From NCBI GenBank assembly GCA_965153355.1, contig OZ231126.1:9176001-9240000 (forward strand): a DNA stretch of 64,000 nt, read 5' to 3'. Position numbers and translations under genes: made by a program. The notes beneath the pieces were generated by a model. It searched no databases, was not told where the DNA came from, and saw only the letters and a program-made list of their open reading frames with translations. The DNA comes from Flaccisagitta enflata. Lineage: Eukaryota. The stretch's first letter is position 1. Each line of letters opens with the position of its first letter. This document shows positions 46,714 to 59,305 of the stretch, piece by piece.

Positions 46714-47297
46714 TCGGAAATCACGCTTCCATTTGGAAGGATTCATTGACTCTTTCATTCCGTTACTGCTTCCCTCTTTGATTCAAATTTGTTTTTATGA
46801 GCAACATGTTCAGTCGTTACACCCATTTATTGCCATACCGAACATTTTAGCATTTTGGCCTTGCCAACCAGTAAGGGGCAGGGGGGAGGGGGGATCGTAT
46901 AGGGTAGCTGAGCGTTAGAAAATAATTGTGGCATCATTTTGAAACTAATAGCGCGATTTAACTATTTAAATGTAATGCTCGAATGATTTGAGTCTTTAAA
47001 ATCAATTTTCATCGAATGTTTATCTTGTTGATCTTGATATGAAGATTTCTCGACCTTAAAACGTTTATAATGCCCCAAGGATACCGTCCACTATGAATAT
47101 TTCTGTATATTGAGAAAAAGTGTGAAACTGTGTCATCGCGACTTCGTGTCGTCCAATGACAGCATTTTTGCTCGACTTTGATTTTCGTTGACGCTTGAGA
47201 GCGGATAAATTTGCAAAAACGCGTGATACCCCAAATAACGGAATCGGAAGAATGCTCAGACTTTCAAAACTCAAATATCTTTTCACAACAGTTCGAG

Positions 47298-50200
47298 ATG
47301 GTTCGAAATTATCGGCACGTTCGCCCTACCAAAGCCAAGAGAAAAGGATGTTCCGACGCTGCTAAAAAGAGATGGGCGATATTTCGAAGAAAGAAGCAGG
47401 CCAAAGTTGAGAATGTATCAGATGGAGTTGACAAGGGAGAGGGGGATGGAAATGTAAGTCTAGACGAAGTTGTGGAAGGAGAAGAGGGAAGCAGAGGAGC
47501 TTGCATATCCATTAGACCCATTTTTAAGTGCGTCCTCGCACTTGTATAAGAGGTCATATCTGTCGGACGTTTGAAATGCGCAAAACGGCTCATTCTGACA
47601 TATTTCTTCATTCCTATCACCTTTCATGCCTTACCACATGCATTTTCATTGATTCCTTCATTCATTTATTCATTTATTCATTCATTCATTCATTCATTCA
47701 TTCATTCATTCATTCATCAAAAACGTTCATTCACAAATTCTTAATCAAGCGAGGCGCACTTATTGGCCTTCACTTGGCCTTGCTTCCCGAGACTTTTGTT
47801 GCTTGAAAACATATGACAGTGCCATATTGTTGCAAAGACCATCTTCTTTCATTACATGTTGTAAAAAGAAAAAAAAGATTATAATTCTTGGCTCGTTTCT
47901 CGAACGGTGAAGGATAGGAAAATGAAAATAAAGCTGTAATAAAAAAAAAAAAAATCAAAATGAAAATTTTTAAAATCTGATTTCAGATTCAGATTCTTCT
48001 TGAAAAAGTATGGATGAATAGTGCTCTTCTTTTTAGTTGCGGACACTCAACTCTATAAGAAGCTTTGTCCGTCTGTTGGTCTGACCGTCCGTTTGTCCGT
48101 AATGATAGAGTCAAAAGGTGGGAATCCGCGCATTTCCGCCCCTGCCCACCCGTCCGCAACTGGTGGCCGTGTACTCGGCCTTGTTTTGATAATTCCACAA
48201 GAAGCCTTTCATATATTAAAAACAACTAACAAAAAGTGGATGTTCATTTGAAAGTTGATATGTCTCTCCGCAGGACTTTAAATTGGATGCTGAGCTGATG
48301 TTTGACCCTATCTATATCGGAAAGGAAAAAGAAAGGTATGCATTGTAATGGGATTTCGCAACAATATTTTAAATTGCATGCATTTTGTTTACTTCTCAGT
48401 TTGTCCCAGTTGCTATTTGCGATTTGGTTATTTTGGCCCTAACTTCAGGTGGGAGGCAGCAAAGTCGAGGTTATCCTGCTCTTCGGATGAAGATCTAGCC
48501 AAATTCCTCCTTGATCATCATTTTGAAGTCCCGCTGACGCAGCGAGATGGATGCGTGGAAGATGGAGCAAGCAGTGGGAATGATAGTGGCAGTACCAACA
48601 AAGATGGTGGGGAAGACGGATTTGCCGATGAAACGGAGAATAACCGCAACCTTCAAAGGGAAGACGTGAAGGTCGAGGGAGCGACGCGAGAAGCTGATAC
48701 CAAGGCACTACTAGAGACGTTTGAGATTTCCCTGCGTGAGGGTTTAGGGGAGTCAACGTCCTCATATTCTAACACGAACGTCAAGAAAGAAAACGGCGAC
48801 AGACTTCCGCCTAAGAACAAAATAACCAAATTGGGGAGCCCGCTCACCGAGTCAACAAACCTCGGTGGTATGGAGGATGAGGAGGAGTGTGTCGACGACA
48901 ATATGGACACTGTAATCCAGACTCCGTTATTGGAGGAGAAAGCAAGTGACGACATGAAATGTAACAAGAAGAGAAAAAGAGGTCGACCGAGGAAAGTGGT
49001 TGCACCGAGGGAGGAGGAAGAAGAAGAGCGGGAATTGGTCGACACTGGTATAGACTCAAACACAGTTTTACAACAACAGACTTGTCATAGAAGAACTGGT
49101 GCTCAACCCACGGTCAAGACTCCTTCACTGAAGGGGCATTTAAAGGAGAGTGGGACTGACGATGTGAAATGTAACATGAAGAGAAAACGAGGTCGACCTT
49201 GGAAAGTGGTTGTACCGAGGGAGGAGAAGGAAGAGGAGGAGGAGCAGCCACGTCATCGGCCAAGAGCCTGCAAGAAAGCATGTGCTGTAGACGTTGATTC
49301 CGTTCAAGATATGGACGATATGCATGAGGATGAAGAGTATGGGGGTGTTTCTAGTTAAAGAGGATCGCGTTTTGAAAGGGCCACTCGGTCGCTCGCTACG
49401 TTCATTCTCTCACTCCGCTCACTCGCTCCGCAGCGCTACGCTCGCTTTGCTCGCTCGCTCCGTTCACGGGCTCGCTCACTCACATCGCTCACTCCATCGT
49501 GGGACAGTTGAAATTCTTGAATATGTGTTCACACTGTTATCGCGTTTCACGGGAACAAACGCGTTTTTCATCTGAACTAGAAACACGCCCTATGACCCGG
49601 AATTCATTCCACCGCTCAATGAGGATGGATTGGTGAGCGAGAAGAAAGCAGCTATAGCTGGATTTCATTAGGCCTGATTAAATGACTGGTTTAATGAGCT
49701 GTTTTTGAAACTCAAATACCAAATATAATTTTTAAGGAAACATCTTTTTACTTTGTTAGGCCCTTGCAAGAAAGAATCTTTTGGATCATTTTGACGTTTT
49801 GTCCGAGACTGAGGTGGTTTGTCGTCGTTGCAAATGGCATTTATCCACCAACAAGACGATGGCTCTCTCTGGTCACTTAAAAAGTAGTCATGGTGAGCTA
49901 TTTCTGTCTCAATTCAGTGGGTTCAATCCAAGACTTTAACCTCGAATATTGACGACAAAAAACTACACCGTTGATCATGTTTAAGAGGGCTCAAACATGG
50001 AGTCTTACCTGAATTTGCAACCGCTTGGCTTAAAATCAAAGGAAATTTAGTTTTTTTTTTGTTGCAATTATTACAATCTCTGCATTGTACAGGCATTGTT
50101 CGAAATGGATCCATTTATGAACACTTGTTTTGCGATCATCCAAAATGTGATTCTTCGATCAAATTCGAGTCTTTTCAAGATTACCGAATTCACAATGAAA

Positions 50201-53200
50201 AGGTCCACAACGATGGTAAATATTTTGAGCTGGATCCAATTTGAATTTCAACTGCGCCTATATTGCTAATCAATTGTTTGTCACGTGCACGTGACTCTAG
50301 TAACACGATCTGTCGGTTGGTTGAATGGTCTGTGACGCTTAGCTTTTTCCATGTTTATGGACAGTTTTTGTATTGCTGCCCCTGTCCAAATGTTTATTAA
50401 GATCATTTTGCTGCCTCTGCCCACCAGCAAGCGATTTGGGTAGCTGTGTATCCAGCCTTCTTTATTTCTTTCTTGCAGAAAAAAACAATAAGAAAGGAAA
50501 CAGGGAAGCAATTTATGCCGGTGAAAATGTGGTAAAGAGTCGAAATCGGCATGCGGAAAGCCACCCCCCTCAAAAGGATGAAGCCACATTATTATGCAAT
50601 ATTTGCGGCGTATCTTATCACAGCCGCAGCTCATTATGGTGCCACATGCAAAATCATCGCGAAAAAGTTCTTTGCACTCACCCGGGTACGATTTACATGT
50701 TTCAACTCCTTAGTCAGGAAATTGTTAAATTCGAAACGTGTTTTTTTCGCCCTCTGAAAATACGGTAATAATCGTAACTCTGGCCAAAAAAAAGCGAACT
50801 ACTTGTTTGTCAGTGTTTCACATCCAAGCCATGAGAAAAGTAGCAAAATCCATGAACATTTTGAAGGTCTGCGAAAGATCTTGGAAGAGACCTTGCTGGA
50901 TGTCCTAGCTCCACCCGTTTAAAAATGACATTCGGATGAAGACAGGTGGTCAAGAATTTGGAAATTCAATACGCGATTTTCATAGATTAAACACATTGAT
51001 TTAGAAATTTGTTCTTTGCGCCATTTTAAAGAAAGTTTGAAGCTCTTTAGTTTGCTCATGGATAACAAGTAGCTAAGAAAATCCTGAGCTGCATCATTGA
51101 CAAGTGACGCGGGGTCACAGTATCATTGTGGACGGGTGGGCAGGGGTATCCAACCCCCATCCACACCCCAAACCACCCCCAACAATCCAACATACACAGA
51201 AAGTATCAAATAGTCGCAAAAGCGTTAGATGGTCAGCGGCACCCGTTGCCCTTATGTGAGTGTTTGTGGGTGTGAGATAGAGGCGCAGCGGCCCCAAAGG
51301 TGCCGATGACCTATGCTGTTTTTATTTGAACCTTAGGCTGGGATTTGAGCCTCGAGGCTGGGATTTGAGCTTAGAGGCTGGGATTTGAGCCTTGAGGCTA
51401 GGATTTGGGGCTGGAGACTATGATTTGAGCCTTGGGGCTGGGAGTTGAGCTTCAAGGCTGGGATTTGAGTTTTGAGGCATTGGTTTGAACCTCGAGGCTG
51501 GGATTTGAGCCTCAAGGCTGGGATTTGAGCCCTGAGGCTGGGATTTGAGCCTCAAGGCTGGGATTCCAGCTTCAAAGCTAGGAATTGAGCCTCGAGGCTA
51601 GGATTTGGGTCTTGAAACTAGGATCTGGGCCTGGAGGGGGTGGACGGAGAAAAAGAAGGAGAAGGAGAAATTTCCCCTTTGTGAGAAAGCATAGGTCCTC
51701 GGCCCCTTCAGGGCCGCTGCCCAAAAGGTTTGTTTCCCCACTCAATCACCCTGGACCGATGGACCAACGGACAGACCAACGGACGGACAAAGCCTCTTAT
51801 AGCGTGTCCACAAGTGACTCCAACTGAAAACGGAAAATCTTTGGAACAAGGCCAAGTTATGGCCAATAAGTGCGCCTCGCTTGATTAAGAATTTGTGAAT
51901 GAACGTTTTGAATGAATGAATAAATAAATAATAGAATGAAAATGAGTGTGGAAAGGCATGAGAGGTGATAGGAATGAAGAAAGACGACAGAATTGGCCGT
52001 TTTGAGCATTTTTAACGTTTGCGTTACCGACAGACCAACCAACAGACAGACCGACCAACGGACACGACCTCTTATAGAAGTGCGAGGACGCACTTAAAAA
52101 TTGAAATTATCACTTTTTTCAATCAGGGATTTTTAGTCGCGCGCACGCGACTATTACCCGCTCTGTCCGTCTGTCTGTCTGTTGGTCCGATACGCTTAGC
52201 TCTTTTTAGTCATTTTACGCCATTTTAAGTCATTTTAAGTCATTTTTAAGACAATTTACATTTTGTCTTTTAGTCTTTAGGTCTTTTAATCTTTTAGTCT
52301 TATGGTCTTAACAACAGCACGCGACTGTAAGGTGTTGGCCTTGTTTTCTTCAAACCTTTGCCATTTTTAAACGAATGAAGCTGCAATGACCAGCAACCAG
52401 GAACATCACATTTTGAAGAATTTTCGCAGAGCTTTCAAACGGATTCATGTATTCATGGATTTTCTGTGGTTCAGGCCCACACTAACTAACAAAACGAGCT
52501 GACCGCTTTCTTTCTTTGCCATAGTTTCATCAGAGACCGATAGGAAAATGATCAATGATGGGATCAATTGATTGATGTTTGACTTGGTAATGCCGATGCC
52601 ACGTTTTGCTACAAGGTTGCGGTCAACTAGTTCCAGCGGCAAGATATTCACGACACATGGGACATCATTTGCCTGGAATTTGTCCTTATGCTGATTGCAA
52701 AATGGAGTTCAAGTCGCAAAACTCGATCAAATCTCACGTCAGAACGTATGAAAGATAACACGATACAAGTGTGTGATAGTTGTGACCTTACCTCACACGA
52801 GGTCGAGGCTTATTTATTGATTTGTCTCTTGAATTTCCTTTTCTCAGGGTTCACAAACTGAATGCAAAGAAATCATATCAGTGCAGCTATTGTCCGAAAT
52901 TATTCCTGGTTAGTATTGATAAAGGTCGGTCAGTTGGTCCAATTATAGGTCACTCTTTCAGTCCGTCTTTTAGACAGTCTATGTGTCCTCTGTCAGTTGT
53001 CCTTTGTCACTCCATTGGTCTGTAGAATAGATGGCTTTGGCACCTCTTGGGAGTCATGTGAGGAAGTTGGCCGCAGGCTGGAGGTGAGCTGTTTTGAATT
53101 ATCCCCCCCCATGCTTTCTATTCCTTTCGATCATTTATGCAGTGGATTTATTTATTGAACCGACATGAGAAAGAAGTTCATGGAGAATCTCGCGACTTCA

Positions 53201-55863
53201 GTTGTCCTGAACCAGATTGTAACCAATCTTTCAAGAGTAAAAAAAATCTCACTCTGCACAGAAATACACACAAGACTATCAAGCCTTTCCAATGTATGTG
53301 GTGCGACTTTACTGGTAGGTTTATCTGAAATCCAGGTTGGTTTATTCCTTGTTCATGTTTAAAAGTTTTCTGAGTATGGTTTTGGCCAGTCTGTTTTTGT
53401 GGCGGTATGAAAATGCGCATTTGAGATGCCATGCGTGTGTCTGAAGTAGGGATGTGGAAGCGGTCAATTTTAGTGCCGCTTCCACCGCTTCCGCTTCCGC
53501 TTCCATTTTGTAGTACAAATACTAGTAGCTATCCCATCCTCCAAAACGGAAGCGGTCAATCACTTCCACATCCCTAGTCTGAAGGTTGGAGTATGGAGGG
53601 GGGTTATGTGTCCCTGCCCATCCATCCGCGACAAATTTATAATCCTACATTATTAGCTCCTTCACACATGGTATTTCTCAACTGTGGCCATCCACAGGCT
53701 ATTCTTGTTTGGCATGCATCAGTTGGGTGCTTCACATAGCAAAAGTTGGTTATTTCTTTTCACCCTCTTTATCTAATGCGGAGTGGTTAATTTTAGGACT
53801 CTTACCAGTTTTCTTTTATCAAAAATTGTTCATCTTTGGTTTTTTGTCCTCGACGATCAGTTTACGTCGAGGACTATAACATAGCCTTGATCGTGTAGTA
53901 AGCCGTTTGTTGTCGTCGTCGTGTCAACCCTTAAAAACTTGAGAACCACAACTCAGATGCTGATGAAACTTGGTCAGTGTTATTTTTAGAGCATTACTAA
54001 CCTGTGTACCAACTTTCAACAACATTCATAAATATTTAATACCCTTTGCCTATTATTTTTGTAGTAACATTAATTCCTGGACTTGTGCAATTTACATAGG
54101 GGAAGGGTAGTAAAGGTTCACCAATGTTGTTCAAACTTGTTGTGAAGGTTTATTGCATCAATTAAAGCTCCCCCGCAAGATTTCAGATAATTCTGAGTAT
54201 TGGTTTAGAAGATATAAGGCTATTTTGCTAGTAATATTAATTCCTGGACTTGTGCAATTTACATAGGGGAATGGTAGTAAAGGTTCACCAATGTTGTTCA
54301 AACTTCTTGTGAAGGTTCATTGCATCAATTTAAGCTCCCCTGCAAGATTTCAGTCAATTCTGAGTATTGGTTAAGAAAATATTAGGGTATTTATGATGTA
54401 TCTAGTAACATTATTTCTTGGACTTAAGAATTTTTTTTTTGAAAAAAATGTTTTGTTTTTTTTTTTTTTTTTTGAAATTTATTTTTTTTTTTTTTTGAAA
54501 TTTTTTTTTTTTTTTTGACTTTAAGGTATGCAATTGGTAGCCGGGTCAGACTGAGTAGCCGGGTCAGACTGAGTAGCCGTCAGACTGAGTAAGGTCTTGA
54601 ATTTAAAAAAATTTTTTTTAAATTTTTTTTAAATTTTTTTTTTTAATTTTTTTTTGAAAAAAAATAATTTTTTTTTAAAAATTTTTTTTGAAAATTTTCT
54701 TTGAAAAAAAGGTTTTTTTTTGAAAAAGCTTTTGAAAAAAATTTTTGAAAAATTTTTCTTTTGGACTTTTGTATGCAATTGGTAGCCGGGTCAGACTGAG
54801 TAGGGTCAGACTGAGTAGCCGGGTCAGACTGAGTAGCCGGGTCAGACTGAGTAGCCGGGTCAGACTGAGTAGCCGGGTCAGACTGAGTAGCCGGGTCAGA
54901 CTGAGTAGCCGGGTCAGACTGAGTAGCCGGGTCAGACTGAGTAGCCGGGTCAGACTGAGTAGCCGGGTCAGACTGAGTAGCCGGGTCAGACTGAGTAGCC
55001 GGGTCAGACTGAGTAGCCGGGTCAGACTGAGTAGCCGGGTCAGACTGAGTAGCCGGGTCAGACTGAGTAGCCGGGTCAGACTGAGTAGCCGGGTCAGACT
55101 GAGTAGCCGGGTCAGACTGAGTAGCCGGGTCAGACTGAGTAGCCGGGTCAGACTGAGTAGCCGGGTCAGACACCAAATAGACTACAGTCGAGGACTGTTG
55201 TTTTTAAGCTTTTTAGAAAATTGTTTTTGAGGACCTAATTTGCATAATGCAGTGGGATAAAACAATATGCTGACATTCTTTGAATTAGCTTTTATCAATT
55301 TCTATTCTTCAATGAATTGTTGATCTGCCTCTTCATACGCTCTTTCATAGCTAATGATCTGATATTTTTATTTATTATTACAAATATTATGATTTCTTGA
55401 GATAAATCATTGCCCTTTTATTACCGAAATTACACAGGATTTTACTGAATTCTGGGAAATCTGCGGAAACTTTAAGGCCAAAACAAAAACAGAAGATAAA
55501 GGAATTTTGAAAAAAGGAAAATGGTCATCTTTATGATTTTTGTTCCTCCATATTCCCCCAGTAGGGTGAGAGGATACTCCCAACTTTTGCTATATGAAGC
55601 ACCCAAATGCATCAGTAATTTGATCAGGTTAAAACTTGTTTGATGCCCCAGGTGTTCAGTATAACAACATCCGATCGCATGCTTTAACCTCGCACAAATT
55701 GGAATTTCAAAAAGCTCGAGAGAAGAGGGAGAAGTATTGGCGTCGTACACCTGGCGTTGATGTTGGAGAATTGCCTTTTGCTGGCGTAGACAATGAACAA
55801 TTGCCATCTGCTGGTGTAGACAGTGCAGAAATGCCATCAGCTGGTGTAGACAATGCACAATAG
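47298..55863 (+). CDS. ZF-C: paralogous AT-hook/BED-like/C2H2 protein; the reading frame is continuous only if the MITE-derived intron 49337-49580 is spliced
   Basis: Exons 47298-47453, 48274-48335, 48449-49336, 49581-49632, 49760-49892, 50093-50215, 50479-50685, 52616-52745, 52848-52908, 53143-53314, 55652-55863. All downstream exons are open and phase-matched to ZF-B. Confidence 0.75.
49341..49590. mobile_element. 250-bp TIR MITE (PIF/Harbinger-like, 3-bp TSD) inside a coding exon
   Basis: TIRs GGGGGTGTTTCTAGTT / AACTAGAAACACGCCC match 15/16; TAT duplicated at 49338-49340 and 49591-49593; (CGCT)-rich core. Confidence 0.88.
53447..53576. mobile_element. 130-bp hAT MITE
   Basis: TIRs TAGGGATGTGGAAG / CTTCCACATCCCTA; 8-bp TSD GTCTGAAG. 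Confidence 0.9.
53845..55200 (+). mobile_element. HINE-like element, family 3, carrying an 18-bp satellite (GAGTAGCCGGGTCAGACT)n
   Basis: 5' hairpin GTCCTCGACG...CGTCGAGGAC; 3' end ACAGTCGAGGACTGT; about 21 near-perfect 18-mers at 54781-55170. Confidence 0.7.
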
Positions 55864-58581
55864 CAAATTACTGGTGTAGACAATAAAACTGAATTTTCAC
55901 TACCATTACATGCATAAGCAATGATTAAGCGATATGATTAAGATTTGATTTGGGTCCATGGCTTTTTTAAGCATTACATCCTTAGTGACCAACATGTGGC
56001 TTCATCCATTCCTTGATTGTTGTCGATATTTGGGCATAATGAATAATTCTCAGCACGATTTTGTTTTACTTTCCAAATCCTCCGCTAGAGCGAAGCTTTA
56101 ATTTGAATAGTTTCGGGCCGTGATACATAAAACTCAGCCAACCCTTAGCCCTAAAGCTAACCCTGTCCCTAACCTTAAAACTATCCCCAACCCTAAACCC
56201 ACCCCTAACCCTAATTCAAAAAGCTGCTTAAGAAGTCTTAAAAACAAAAGATCACAGATGATTGCACAAATGTTCCGATATTTGTATATTGATTACCTCT
56301 CATGCATGAAAATTGGCCACCTCCACTCTCCAGTCTCTTTCTGTGAAAGCTTGATTTGATGTTAGCTTAAACTGCAAATCTGTTACAGGGAGGCCATGGT
56401 TTTCGTTCATTCAAGTTGCCATTTTTCTTTGTAGGTGCAGCACCCTGTTCAAGAGCTTTTTGAGAGTTGGTTGAAAAGATTTTAGAGTTAAGTCGTCTAA
56501 TTTGTTTATGTAAGAGGCCTTTTACTTATATTAGGGAACTAAGCAGCGGCAAACCAGCAAGAAATGGGGTGAAAAAAAAGATGTCGTATTTTTTTAAACA
56601 CCTTTGCTATACTAAATATGAATAAATACGATAGGTATTTGATCAATTTTCAATCAGAATTACTTGGAAACACATTATTGTCTGATCCTGTGATTTTTTT
56701 TACGATGAAATTTAATAAAATTGAAAGAGAAAGGAGAAGGGCCTTAAAAATTACCTCCTGAGGTAAGATTGAGGCCAACTCGCTAAAACACGCCAAACCA
56801 CCTTGTAGATTAGCTTACGGGGAATTCATATCTGTTTTCGGAAATTATTTTCTATGTGGCGAAGGATGGCGAGATACAAGACTGTGAGCCTATGCCAAGC
56901 ACAATCATGAGAACCATAAATACCATCATGAAATTGACACATAGAATAGACGCAAACGAGCTACACGTTGTGTACCAATGAAAACGTCTTTTTAGATGCG
57001 TCTTCGCATCACTATAAGAGGGTCGGTCCGTCCATCCGTCGGTCCGTCGGTCCGTCCATTATGCCTCTTCTAGTATCACGCAGATGACGCATCTAGTTGT
57101 CCGCTTGGGCTTGGTTAGATGCATCCTCGTATCACTATTATAGGCTGTGTCCATTGGTTGATTGGTCAGTTGGTTGGTTGGTCGGTAATGCATTCAATAA
57201 TAAGGCCGGATACACGGCTACCCCAGTCGCGTGCGGGTGGGCAGGGGCCGTAATTGAGGTCACCAGATCATTTGGGCAGGAGCAGTGAAGCCAAAATCCC
57301 AGAAACCCAAAAAAAGTAAAGTGTGACGGATGGATGGACCAATGGACCGACGGACCGACAGACCAGACAGACTGACGGACGGACCGACAAAGCGGGGTGT
57401 AGAGTCGCGTAGCACGCGACTAAAAACATCAAAATAATGCATTTCTTCAACAGTTACGTGGTTCTACGCAGTAGAAGTAGCATACATTCAGTGACTCATT
57501 CATTCAATAATTCATTTATTCATTCATAAATGACAGTAATTCATAGAACAAGGCCAACACCTTTCAGTCGCGTGCGGTTGTTAAGACCATAAGACCAAAA
57601 GACTGAACACCAAAGGACCAAAACATTAAAAGACTAAATGCAAGCTGTCTTGAAATAACTTAAAATGATCTAAATTGATGTAAAACGAAGAAAAAAAACT
57701 AAGCGTGATGGACAGACGGACAGAGGGATGGATGGACAGATGGACGGACCGACCAACCCGACCAACCGACCAACCGACGGACAGAGCTAGTCATAGAGTC
57801 GCGTGCATGCGACATAAAAACATGCATTCATAAAAAAACATTCATTCATTCAAAGAGGACGCCTCGTTCTGTTTTAAAATGAAATTAGTTCATACATGTC
57901 AGGAGCTTTCAAATTTCAAAATAGTAGTCTGGTGGAGCTAGTTCTAACTGACGTAGCCCTTGAGCTAGCTCCTTACAAAGATCGTTGCCCACAGTCATTG
58001 AGAGAAAAAGTTCTAGCAGTTGTGCAAAGAGATGTTTATACACGCGAATGAAGAAATGAATGTTAATAAACACTTTAAACAGGCCTTAATTAAGTGATTC
58101 TGTTGACCGTGCACGCCGGGCACGCACACGCCACTCACAATTATGTGTAAATGAAGTTATTTCCTCAATCTTACACGTTTGTTTACTAAAGATGAATAAA
58201 TGAAACGATTCTCATGACAACAAAGCAACGGCTTCTTTTTAGTCGCGGACACGCCGTGTCGGTTGGTAGGTCGGTAGGATGGTACGTCCGTGACAATTTT
58301 CATTGAATTCCGAGCGGTTTATGGTTTTTTCCATTACCGCCCCTGCCCAACCGTCCGCGACTGGATTGCCGTGTATCCGGCCTTGTTTTTTAGTCGGCTG
58401 CTACGGTTGGTTGTTCCGTCACATTCTACCTGGTTTTTTTATTTGCGGTCTTAGGTCTCACTGTTTCTCCCTCAATGCTTCAATGACCTAAAATGCGACC
58501 CCTGTCCACAACTGGGATAGCCTTGTATCCGGCCTTCTTGTTATGTTCAACTCCAACAAAGTTGTGAGTGCGGGTCATGGC

Positions 58582-58639
<58 letters not shown>

Positions 58640-59305
58640 GTGTGTGTGTGTGTGTGTGCGTGTGGCTGTGTGTGGCTGTGTGTGTGCGTGTGGCTGTGTG
58701 TGTGTGTGTGTGGCTGAGTGGCTTTGTTTGTTTGTTTGTTTGTGTGTGTGTGTGTGGTGGTTGTACAAATTAAAATCTTACGGAAAATGTGGTTGATTAT
58801 TATCTTTTTAACCGATGTAGATTTCCAAGTAAAAGATGACCTATCAATTTTCCCAAAATTCTACCAACACTCAAATCTTATCACTAACGGTTGGCCTAGG
58901 TGGCCCTAGGTGGCCCTAGGTGGTGCCAGCATCATTACCAGTGTCTATATTAATTGTCTGGTAGGTTTTGAGGGTGTAATTGCTCATCTCGACTCATTGC
59001 AAAACACTGAATAGCTCCATTTTCTTGGAGAAAAAAAAGTGCCAGAAACTTAGTGGCAGGTACCGCTCATTTACACTACTCTAGGCGGTATGAAATGAGT
59101 CCCAAGTGTCAATTATGGCTGTCATCCGTGTGACCCATGTAAATACGAGCCAATCCATGTGCTGGAGGCCATATTGAAACATTTCAGTTGTTTTCGTATT
59201 AGTACCCTACTTATATAGCATCAGATTAAACGATGATACGCATCTGTTTAATTAGCTGATTTTGCGGTTTTCAATCTCACATACATTCCTGGCATTGGTG
59301 GCAGG

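Noticed and set aside
54643-55230. CRISPR array or (DPATQS)n protein
   Set aside because: Direct tandem 18-mers with no unique spacers, inside an intronic eukaryotic TE.
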